Source: a virus
Taxonomy: Duplodnaviria; Caudoviricetes
Length of the DNA stretch: 64,000 nt
Reading direction: 5' to 3' (one strand)
Virus record (IMG/VR): IMGVR_UViG_2895221163_000002
Coordinates: 16,586 to 80,585 of that record
The position numbers and the translations under genes are program-made. The notes beneath the pieces are model-generated. The model was not told the DNA's origin and made no database searches. It saw only the letters and a list, made by a program, of their open reading frames with translations. This document shows, in pieces, positions 19,176 through 26,781 of this stretch (position 1 is its first letter; every line of letters begins with the position of its first letter).

Positions 19176-19367
19176 TCAGAGGGTCTGGATCCAGCCTTCG
19201 AGGAGACGCATCACTTTGCGGATGCGCCTGTCTCGACGCTGGATTGATTGGATCTCCCGTCCGATCCACCACTGCACAATGAAAATGACGACGCCGCGCG
19301 CCCTGAAGCGCGCATAAATCAGCCAGTTTTCAGCAATGGGACCGAACAGAAAAACGAGAACTGTCAT
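19176..19367 (-). CDS. Hypothetical small protein
   Basis: ATGA-coupled to the upstream gene. Confidence 0.45.
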   Translation of the reverse strand: MTVLVFLFGPIAENWLIYARFRARGVVIFIVQWWIGREIQSIQRRDRRIRKVMRLLEGWIQTL

Positions 19368-19714
19368 GCGGCGCCCCTGTCATTGAGGCTGTCCAGCTGC
19401 TGCTGGAGCCGGAGCTGCCGCGCCTGAAGTGTCTGAATGCGGGCCTCGCGAACGGCTTCCCATTCGCCAGCCGTGACCGAACGGATCTCATGGTGCCAGC
19501 AGGCGCGAACGCGGCGCTCCGTCAGGCCGAACAGGCGCGCAACCTCACGGAATGCGCCCTTCAGCCCGAGGCCGCGCCGATCGCGGACCTCCTCATTCAC
19601 CATGTCCTGGAAGCGTTCGGTCAGCGCATCAGACATGGCACTGAACCGGGCCTTGGGTGAAATACCCGCGCGCTTGGGTGAAATACCCAACATCTTGGGC
19701 GTCCTTCCTGTCAT
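19364..19714 (-). CDS. CII-like HTH regulator
   Basis: AFREVARLFGLTERRVRACWHHE followed by a coiled coil; position after cro. Confidence 0.55.
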   Translation of the reverse strand: MTGRTPKMLGISPKRAGISPKARFSAMSDALTERFQDMVNEEVRDRRGLGLKGAFREVARLFGLTERRVRACWHHEIRSVTAGEWEAVREARIQTLQARQLRLQQQLDSLNDRGAA

Positions 19715-19902
19715 TGTTCTGGGTGTTGAGTGCCGGAACAGTTGACGGGAAGAAGGAGACCAAATGACGAAGAGCAGCCTTTACGTGGGATATTGTGAAG
19801 CCCGGTTCAGGATTGCGAATTTTCCAGTAATGGCCGGGGATTCGACACCCCGGCCATTTCGGATCACCATGGAAGGGACCAACCAAACCCATGGAGATTC
19901 TG

Positions 19903-20148
19903 ATGTCAGAAACCCAGTCGGCACTTCCCGTCATCATGAGCATGAAACTGAAAGAAGGAGGAAACCTGAAGGTAAAAGTGTATCTGCCGCCTTCGGACCC
20001 GGCATACGTCGGCCATGAACTCACCCTCGCCATTCCCGTTCTTGGCAGCGGCATTGGGGAACCCAACCGACAAATGCTCGCAAATGCACTGGAGCGTCTG
20101 GGGCAAGACGTCGATACCGCAATCATGCGCCTTCGCGGCCTTCGTTAG
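19903..20148 (+). CDS. Small hypothetical protein antisense to the early operon
   Basis: GGAG RBS; globular-looking beta/alpha sequence. Confidence 0.5.
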   Translation: MSETQSALPVIMSMKLKEGGNLKVKVYLPPSDPAYVGHELTLAIPVLGSGIGEPNRQMLANALERLGQDVDTAIMRLRGLR

Positions 20149-20596
20149 AGACTGCGCGCAAATATGGCTGGTGGCGTCCAGCGACGTCCCAAACGCTTTC
20201 GTGAGAGTCCGGACGCTTTCGTGCAACCTCGGCAAAGCTCACCATGAGGCGATTGATCTGGTCCCGAAACTCAGGAGCACTCATCGCCTCAACGGTCTCG
20301 GCATACGGCGCACAGGCATCGATCGCACGACGTGCATGATTCAGCGCGCGAAGAAGTTCTGCCCGTTCATCAGCCGCCCCGACTACACCAAGCGCCATGA
20401 ACCGCTTCATTTCCTCACGGCGCTGAGTCATTGCTTCGAGCCAGTATTCGGAGCCGGTCTCTGGCGTGCTGTCGCGGGATTCCTCTTCGCCCTTAAAAAG
20501 ATTGGAGAAATCGAATTGCAGATTCATGAGATTCTCATCTCGATCATTCCGCCGTGAAAGTCGCTGCCGGATTTTCTGTATGATCGAACGCATCAC
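20123..20596 (-). CDS. Hypothetical phage protein
   Basis: Helical protein in the PR operon orientation. Confidence 0.5.
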   Translation of the reverse strand: MMRSIIQKIRQRLSRRNDRDENLMNLQFDFSNLFKGEEESRDSTPETGSEYWLEAMTQRREEMKRFMALGVVGAADERAELLRALNHARRAIDACAPYAETVEAMSAPEFRDQINRLMVSFAEVARKRPDSHESVWDVAGRHQPYLRAVSNEGREGA

Positions 20597-20694
20597 GCTG
20601 CCTGCTCCCGGTTCTGTTCGGGGCCGAAAACATCAGGGCGGAAAAACGCCATGATGCTTTTCCCGATTGGCCCCATCATTAAAGAGAAGTTGAT

Positions 20695-21234
20695 ATGCAG
20701 TTTATTGTTGGCGTGATCGCCCTTGCGGGTCTTATCGCCTACTTCACTGGCATAAATTTTATCAAAGTCACCGAATACACTATCGGAACGATAGTTGTTC
20801 TGTGGATCACGTGGATTATTACCTCGGCGGTTATGGTATTCACGCCGCTTGGCGACCGGTTGCCTACAGCCCAGAAACAGCGATTCAGAGGGAAGAATGC
20901 CCCCGGAACGCAGATCGAACCACCCAACACGCGTCGCCGGGAAGACGCTGCCCACACAGATTCGATCCGCATTGAACATGTCCGCGTTACGATCCAGTTC
21001 AGCGCTTGGGGTAGCGGGCGCGGAATTGTTACGTCGCGAACGATTGTTCCCTACGAGATGCATTATTTCGTCGACCGCAAGGGTATCACTGTCCCGACCG
21101 CGATTGAGGCCTACTGTGAGCTTCGAAAGGAAATGCGAACATTTCGCTATCGTCGCATTATGAATGCGTATGATCCCATTACGGGCGAGATCATTGATAA
21201 TTTGGGATTGTACCTGTGGGACCGGCAGCGATGA
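20695..21234 (+). CDS. Membrane-anchored WYL-domain protein
   Basis: Two N-terminal hydrophobic segments; C-terminal RTIVPY...IEAYCELRKEMRTFRYRRI, typical of WYL domains. Confidence 0.7.
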   Translation: MQFIVGVIALAGLIAYFTGINFIKVTEYTIGTIVVLWITWIITSAVMVFTPLGDRLPTAQKQRFRGKNAPGTQIEPPNTRRREDAAHTDSIRIEHVRVTIQFSAWGSGRGIVTSRTIVPYEMHYFVDRKGITVPTAIEAYCELRKEMRTFRYRRIMNAYDPITGEIIDNLGLYLWDRQR

Positions 21235-21239
21235 GTAAA

Positions 21240-21458
21240 TCATGCGGCTTGCCCCGGCTCTTCAATAGAAATCTCGTGAATGAGATCACTCGCCGTAACT
21301 TGCCCGTCGGTGGCTCTGTGTATTGCTCCCAGCATTCGTGGCGAGGGAATGGTTTGCCGCGAAATCCACCGTGAAACAGTCGTATGCGACACACCCAAAC
21401 GCCGCGCGAGCGACATTTGGTTTTCTCTGTTGGCCGTCATCCATGCTTCGAGCTTCAT
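21240..21458 (-). CDS. cro: Cro-like repressor
   Basis: QMSLARRLGVSHTTVSRW..IP...IHRATDGQVTASDL; divergent from cI. Confidence 0.85.
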   Translation of the reverse strand: MKLEAWMTANRENQMSLARRLGVSHTTVSRWISRQTIPSPRMLGAIHRATDGQVTASDLIHEISIEEPGQAA

Positions 21459-21467
21459 GTAATTTAT

Positions 21468-21498
21468 GTGCACCCCATGCACTGTGCATGTCAAGCAC
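21468..21498. promoter_or_regulatory. OR-like operators with the -35 of the cro promoter
   Basis: GTGCACCCCATGCAC (21468-82) and GTGCATGTCAAGCAC (21484-98); TTGACA on the minus strand at 21489-94. Confidence 0.75.
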
Positions 21499-21550
21499 AT
21501 TGTGCGTGAGGCGGCGTGGCATCTCCCTGAAAGGGGCGTGAGACTGCGAT

Positions 21551-21871
21551 ATGCCTAAGATGAACCTCTCCCTTCAGTCCCACCTACGCGCATGGCGCAA
21601 ACAAGTAGGGTTGTCACAAGAACAATTAGGGAACAAAATGGATGTCGCGCATACAACTGTAGGCCGATGGGAGCGTGGAGAAGTGCCACTTACGTCCGAC
21701 CAATTCGAGCATTTGGCCCGGATTTTCGAGGTTTCTCCAGCTGAACTTCTTGTCGCGCCACCTGACGCAGCCTCCGTCCGAGTCCTGCATGAAACATATG
21801 AAATAGTCCGGAACATGAGCCCTGAGACGCTTAGGCACTGGCTCGAAATCGGCAAGAAGCTCAGTTCATAA
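21551..21871 (+). CDS. CI-like XRE repressor without a peptidase domain
   Basis: LRAWRKQVGLSQEQLG...TTVGRWERG. Confidence 0.85.
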   Translation: MPKMNLSLQSHLRAWRKQVGLSQEQLGNKMDVAHTTVGRWERGEVPLTSDQFEHLARIFEVSPAELLVAPPDAASVRVLHETYEIVRNMSPETLRHWLEIGKKLSS

Positions 21872-21879
21872 ATTTATAT

Positions 21880-21929
21880 GTGCATGGTGCGCACAATTTA
21901 GGTTGACAGACAATGTGCACGAAATGCAC
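21880..21929 (+). promoter_or_regulatory. OL-like operators and PL-like promoter
   Basis: GTGCATGGTGCGCAC (21880-94), TTGACA (21903-08) and GTGCACGAAATGCAC (21915-29). Confidence 0.75.
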
Positions 21930-21964
21930 ATTCCTCCCATCGCCACCCGCGATGGAGAGGTTTC

Positions 21965-22255
21965 ATGTCGTTTCAGTCGACCCGCGGACATCACTTGCGG
22001 TCCGCCCTGGACACGGTCCAGTGCTTTTTCCCAAAGATATTCCGTAGCTATCACCGCAGTCGCAGTCTTGCCCGTATAGCCGCGCTTCCGACCGAGGCGT
22101 TCCTCGCCCAGGCAGACAGCTACGACAAACTCGCCCAGTTCTATGGCACCGCCCCTGCTGGCAATCCCCTCGCCGTCCTGTTCCGCGATCTCGCCGACAG
22201 ATGGCGCTGCCGCGCCCCGTCACGCCAGATCGCGCATGATCGAGGTGCGGCATGA
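21965..22255 (+). CDS. Hypothetical early protein
   Basis: First gene after PL; GGAGAGG RBS. Confidence 0.6.
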   Translation: MSFQSTRGHHLRSALDTVQCFFPKIFRSYHRSRSLARIAALPTEAFLAQADSYDKLAQFYGTAPAGNPLAVLFRDLADRWRCRAPSRQIAHDRGAA

Positions 22256-22677
22256 TCCGCAAGCCTCATCCCGCCGTTGGTGGACACACGCAGGAAAGCT
22301 TCGACGACTTCCTGCGCGGATATCATCCGGACATCCGTGAGCAGGCCCGCGACCTTCGGACGCGCATGGACTGGTGCCATATGTTGGCCAATGACTACGG
22401 CTCCATTGAGCCGCGAACTGAACGGTTCACTGTCATGGCGAAAACGTGGAGCGAGTCAGCCGACAGTCTGGAAGAGCAGCTCATACTGCTCCTTTATGCG
22501 AACCGGCTTCCGGATCCTGTCCCGGGCATTCCGCCCGTCCCCGCCCATGCCGTTCAGAGCACGCCTCCTGTGGCACGTCAGTCCTCTCACGAAAGAGCGC
22601 GCCTGCGGACGTGGTGCGACAAGGCTGTCCGCAATCTGAGAGTGCTCGCCTACGCTGCACCGCGGGAGGGCTTGTGA
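22252..22677 (+). CDS. Conserved hypothetical early protein (homolog of 29949-30413)
   Basis: Shares HP...GHT..F..(F/Y)L and LI.LL.A.R..DPVP with the prophage R gene. Confidence 0.7.
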   Translation: MIRKPHPAVGGHTQESFDDFLRGYHPDIREQARDLRTRMDWCHMLANDYGSIEPRTERFTVMAKTWSESADSLEEQLILLLYANRLPDPVPGIPPVPAHAVQSTPPVARQSSHERARLRTWCDKAVRNLRVLAYAAPREGL

Positions 22678-22910
22678 TGGCCGGCAAACGTCGCAGCAAC
22701 AAGCCATTCTCGATCTGTGATGGTCGAGGACAGATTGCTGCCCGCTACAGCACCCTCTGGCATGCCCATATGGCTGCTTCCGCATGGTGTCGGCAGAAGC
22801 GCGTCTCCGTCCCTGTCCGCAAGGGATGCAAGATCGTCGCCATTGCGCGCCCCATCGAGGGCGGTCGCGTCACGCTCGACTGGGGCGATGCCCAGGAGCT
22901 GGCGCTATGA
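22677..22910 (+). CDS. Hypothetical early protein
   Basis: TGATG/ATGA coupling with its neighbours. Confidence 0.55.
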   Translation: MAGKRRSNKPFSICDGRGQIAARYSTLWHAHMAASAWCRQKRVSVPVRKGCKIVAIARPIEGGRVTLDWGDAQELAL

Positions 22911-23377
22911 CCGTCACGATCGTCGACATCCTTCAGGCGCTTCGTCGCAGGAAGGAGCCTGTTGCTGTAGCGGCTTTCTTTGAAATCCCAGAAACAGCCG
23001 TCCACGAGGTGTGGGATAATCTGTTCGAGTGCGGGATTGCTGCCGCGACGGTGTATCCGGCCGAGGTTACCGAACCCGCCGTCGTCGAAACGAGCCCGCC
23101 AGAAGGCATCACTGAACTGCCGCCCGCCAAGCCACGGCGAAAAGGCGATCCGCCCCCTACTGGACGCCCAAAAGGCGGACGGCCGGTGCCCAGCCACAGT
23201 TCCGACCCTTCAAAGATGAGCCCTCTTCACCAGGAAATGCTCCGCCTCCTTAAAGAAGGGCGCGGTACCGCCGAAGTCTCCCGAATGCTGAACGTGACGA
23301 CCGCCACGGTCTCGACGCGTCGCCGGAAATTCGAGGACGCCAGCCTTCTCCCGGTCTCAAAATTCAGGAAACCCTGA
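22907..23377 (+). CDS. Protein with C-terminal LuxR-type HTH
   Basis: MSPLHQEMLRLLKEGRGTAEVSRMLNVTTATVSTR. Confidence 0.7.
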   Translation: MTVTIVDILQALRRRKEPVAVAAFFEIPETAVHEVWDNLFECGIAAATVYPAEVTEPAVVETSPPEGITELPPAKPRRKGDPPPTGRPKGGRPVPSHSSDPSKMSPLHQEMLRLLKEGRGTAEVSRMLNVTTATVSTRRRKFEDASLLPVSKFRKP

Positions 23378-23378
23378 C

Positions 23379-24059
23379 ATGTCTCGAATTCTCATTGAGG
23401 CTCGCGCACTGGCGTTTGCTTCATTTGCCGTTAACCCCGACAGCAATCGCTACCATCTGCGTGGAGTGCGGATTGAGCATCATGCCGGTCATGCCGTCTG
23501 TATTGCCACTGATGGCCTCATGCTGCTGTTTGCGCGGTCTTCCTTCCAGACGGATCCGTTCGAGCCATTCACCCTGAATTTTCGCAAGAGCGGGCGCCTG
23601 TTCGTCTGCGCGCGCAAGATGGGTCCCATGGTCTCAATCACTATCGGTCCGGATGGAGAGGCGGTCTGGGCAATCGAGCGCATGAACGGCACCGTGATCG
23701 AACGCGGGTTCGTTGAATTGCTGGATGCTGAAGATCAGTTTCCCGAATGGCGGGCCCTTCTGCCTCGTAGTCCTGTTCCTGTCTCACCAATGCCGATCGA
23801 TGTCTGGCACAAGCCGATACGCTGGCTCTGCCGCGCCGTCGATAATTATCAAGGTGACGTTGCCTGCACACTCCGTCTGGCCTCCCCAGGTCCGGGACAA
23901 CCGATTGTTGCCGTTCTGCCCGCCACGCCAGGAGTCGGCGGCCTGATCGTCCCCGTCTCATGCGAGCAAGGCATGGAGATCGTTTTCCCTGACTGGACGA
24001 TGCTGGAGCCACAGAACGGAGAGGCAGCCAAAGACCCGGTCGTGGAGGATGCAGCATGA
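23379..24059 (+). CDS. Beta sliding clamp-like protein (partial clamp)
   Basis: RYHLRGVRIE...IATDG.ML...FPEWRALLP resembles the DnaN middle domain. Confidence 0.65.
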   Translation: MSRILIEARALAFASFAVNPDSNRYHLRGVRIEHHAGHAVCIATDGLMLLFARSSFQTDPFEPFTLNFRKSGRLFVCARKMGPMVSITIGPDGEAVWAIERMNGTVIERGFVELLDAEDQFPEWRALLPRSPVPVSPMPIDVWHKPIRWLCRAVDNYQGDVACTLRLASPGPGQPIVAVLPATPGVGGLIVPVSCEQGMEIVFPDWTMLEPQNGEAAKDPVVEDAA

Positions 24060-24268
24060 GGACGTCTTCTGATTTCCGAAGCCTGCGCGCCCAAGCGGCC
24101 TGCATGGGCTGGAAGCCATCAAAGACCAATGGCGGCCACATCCGCTGGCGTCATGCGTGCGGTGCAATTGTATTCGCCCCGTCCACCCCAAGTGATTGCC
24201 GTTCACGCAAAAACACTCTGGCACAATTGAAGCGCTCCACTCCCGCGCTGAAAGCACAGGCATCATGA
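24056..24268 (+). CDS. HicA-like small protein
   Basis: GW....GGHIRWRH..G.IVF.PSTPSD.R. Confidence 0.65.
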   Translation: MRTSSDFRSLRAQAACMGWKPSKTNGGHIRWRHACGAIVFAPSTPSDCRSRKNTLAQLKRSTPALKAQAS

Positions 24269-24819
24269 GCAAGATCCTGATCACAAAGGCCGGTCAGGAC
24301 GTTCTGGCCCGGAAAATGAAGCACGCCCTTGATACAGCATTGCTGGAGGGGCCTCGGACGACTGAAGAGATCATGATCTCTCTGGTGGTCCTGCTGATTG
24401 GCGGAAAATATGACTACAAGGTCATACTGGACCGCATCACGGGCCAGGATGGTGACGGCGGATTTCGTCGCATGGAGCAGGTCGACGTCGAGGACATAGC
24501 GATAGAGACGATCCAGCGTCTCACGCAGATCATTCCTCCGTACAAGCGCACAAGCGCTGGCCGACCGGATGAATCCTGTCAGGTCGGCGAACTGATCGGT
24601 GCGATCGTCAACGCCGACACCTATCTGCCGAACATGGCGACTGAGGACGTCCTGACACACGTTCCCAGGCACACACTTCTGGAACTCATCCCCGCAGATT
24701 CTGGCCCAGAGAAGCATGTCAGGCGCGCGAAGCTTGGAGATCTCCGCGCCATGATCGTGGAGGCGAAAGCCGAATGGCACCCCACGTCCTTCAGCTCATT
24801 CACGGAGGATCTGTCATGA
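24265..24819 (+). CDS. Hypothetical phage protein
   Basis: ATGA-coupled ORF with typical codon usage. Confidence 0.65.
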   Translation: MSKILITKAGQDVLARKMKHALDTALLEGPRTTEEIMISLVVLLIGGKYDYKVILDRITGQDGDGGFRRMEQVDVEDIAIETIQRLTQIIPPYKRTSAGRPDESCQVGELIGAIVNADTYLPNMATEDVLTHVPRHTLLELIPADSGPEKHVRRAKLGDLRAMIVEAKAEWHPTSFSSFTEDLS

Positions 24820-24940
24820 AGAGCTTCCTGAAGCAAATCTGGCGCGTCTTTAGCGCGAAGCTCGCGCTGCCTAAGCGGTGGGCTGAAGACGAATATCAGG
24901 GCAGCGACATTCATATGGATAACTGGTGAGTTCGTGACTG

Positions 24941-25336
24941 ATGAAGATTGATGAAATTCCTAAAGTCTACACCGTCAACGATCTTCTGGATCACCTGAAG
25001 GGTCGTATCGGTCGGGGAAAACTGATGCAGCACCTTTCTCAAGTCCCTGAGTTCGGCGATGGCCCCACGCACCGTCGCTGGTCCAACCGGATCGTTTTTT
25101 ATCCCGAAGATATTACCCGTCTGCTGTCGAGCCTCGAATGTCCCTTAAAATCGTCAAACGCCACAACACGAACAACCTCTATATCCGCGGCACCATCCGG
25201 GGCACGAGCGTATGCGAAAGCACTGGAACTTCTGACCCCACGCGGGCGGAAGAATTCCGTGCCAAGCGCGAGGCCGAACTCTGGACCGAGAGCATCTATG
25301 GCAAGAAGGCAACCGTCACATTCGCCCATGCCGTAG
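24941..25336 (+). CDS. Putative excisionase overlapping int
   Basis: wHTH-like YTVNDLLDHL..RIGRGKL...THRR...IVFYPEDI; homolog at 29033-29407. Confidence 0.7.
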   Translation: MKIDEIPKVYTVNDLLDHLKGRIGRGKLMQHLSQVPEFGDGPTHRRWSNRIVFYPEDITRLLSSLECPLKSSNATTRTTSISAAPSGARAYAKALELLTPRGRKNSVPSARPNSGPRASMARRQPSHSPMP

Positions 25337-26247
25337 CGGCCTATCTGGAGGCAGAGGAACGATCAGAGACGACCAAGTTCCACCTCCGCCGCCTTCTGAA
25401 CTATTTCGGCACCACGCGACTGATCGAGATTGCACAGCCTCAGCTGGACGATGCCTATCGCAAGATTCTACGGGACGGTATTGCCGCCAGCTCCGCCACA
25501 AAAATGCGCGGCGTGCTGACACCATTGCGCGCTGTTCTAGAGTTCGCCGCGATTCGCCAATGGTGCGATCGACCGGCTTTCGACACGCCCCGCATTCAAC
25601 GCGGTCGAACAACCTATCTGAAGCCGGCCGAGGTCAGGCGTCTGATTGACGCCGCCGCCCCTCACCTGAAGCCGCTGCTGACGTTCTTGGTCGGAACAGG
25701 CGTCAGGATGTCCGAAGCGTTGGATCTGGAATGGAAGGACGTTGATCTGCGCGGGAAACAGGCTGTCGTCTGGCAAAAGCAGGGGAATGAACGCAGACTG
25801 GAGCTTGTGCCAGTAGTGATGGAAGCGCTTAAAGCCCTGCCCCACCGACACGGCCACGTTTTCCGTCCGGTCCAGATCCGTAGACGATTCAAGGGAGCCG
25901 ATCCGGAGAGGATTATTGGCGAGCGCTACCATAACAACGGCCGCACTAGCGGTGGGCAGATTAAATCAGGTTGGGCGGCCGCATGTCGCAAAGCTAAGCT
26001 GCCAGGAAAATTCCGGGTCTGGATCCCCAAAGGCGAAACCACAGAGCGCCGCGTCTTCGTCCCTGACATCACTCCTCACGATCTCCGCCATACCTGGGCC
26101 ACCTGGCATTACTGTCTACACAAAGATCTCCTCCGTCTGAAAGACGAAGGAGGCTGGAGCACGATCAATATGGTGACGCGGTATGCGAAGCAGATGTCTA
26201 TTGTCTATATTGCTGAAGTCAAAGAATTTATATCATCTTATAAGTGA
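25138..26247 (+). CDS. int: Tyrosine integrase of prophage L
   Basis: GVRMSE, HDLRHTWATW and GGW...VTRYA catalytic motifs. Confidence 0.95.
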   Translation: MSLKIVKRHNTNNLYIRGTIRGTSVCESTGTSDPTRAEEFRAKREAELWTESIYGKKATVTFAHAVAAYLEAEERSETTKFHLRRLLNYFGTTRLIEIAQPQLDDAYRKILRDGIAASSATKMRGVLTPLRAVLEFAAIRQWCDRPAFDTPRIQRGRTTYLKPAEVRRLIDAAAPHLKPLLTFLVGTGVRMSEALDLEWKDVDLRGKQAVVWQKQGNERRLELVPVVMEALKALPHRHGHVFRPVQIRRRFKGADPERIIGERYHNNGRTSGGQIKSGWAAACRKAKLPGKFRVWIPKGETTERRVFVPDITPHDLRHTWATWHYCLHKDLLRLKDEGGWSTINMVTRYAKQMSIVYIAEVKEFISSYK

Positions 26248-26250
26248 CAG

Positions 26251-26781
26251 TTAATCATTCTTATACTCCTCACTAAAAAGTGCATGTGATCTTTTTGTTA
26301 CCATAAGTAAATTAAGTAGGAAATGAGAATAAATAAATGCGGATATGTCGGAATATAAAATTCTATTAGACATTTTTGTTTGAGTTAATATGGAATACAC
26401 CAGAATAAAATAAACAAGAGATATTATACATATAAAAACAAGATAAGATATATTACAATCCACTTCGTTTATAAGCTTATTTCTGATTTCAAACTTATAC
26501 TCTACTATGATATTCTCATCTGAATTTTTTGACCACTTCCTAGTAAATATGCCAAAGATTGCAACTTGTATGTTCAATAGCAGTGCTATAAAAATCCCAA
26601 AGAATGTTATTGATGTATTATAAAAATCTTTGTCAAAGCGAATATGTAATAAATTTATAATTACCCCAAATATTATTGGCACCACAAAGAAAATAAAAAC
26701 ATCAAAATTGTTAATTTTTTTATTTTCATCTCGCAAGGTATTAAAGTGGTCTATAACAATATCTGTCATGGAGATTTTCAT
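26251..26781 (-). CDS. Four-TM membrane protein (candidate RexB/gp31-like effector)
   Basis: Four hydrophobic segments; very AT-rich; ATGA overlap with the upstream gene. Confidence 0.75.
   Translation of the reverse strand: MKISMTDIVIDHFNTLRDENKKINNFDVFIFFVVPIIFGVIINLLHIRFDKDFYNTSITFFGIFIALLLNIQVAIFGIFTRKWSKNSDENIIVEYKFEIRNKLINEVDCNISYLVFICIISLVYFILVYSILTQTKMSNRILYSDISAFIYSHFLLNLLMVTKRSHALFSEEYKND

Noticed and set aside
20593-21243. 216-aa minus-strand ORF after cro
   Set aside because: It is antisense to the TM-WYL gene, which has recognisable motifs; probably a shadow ORF, although its coupled ends mean it cannot be fully excluded
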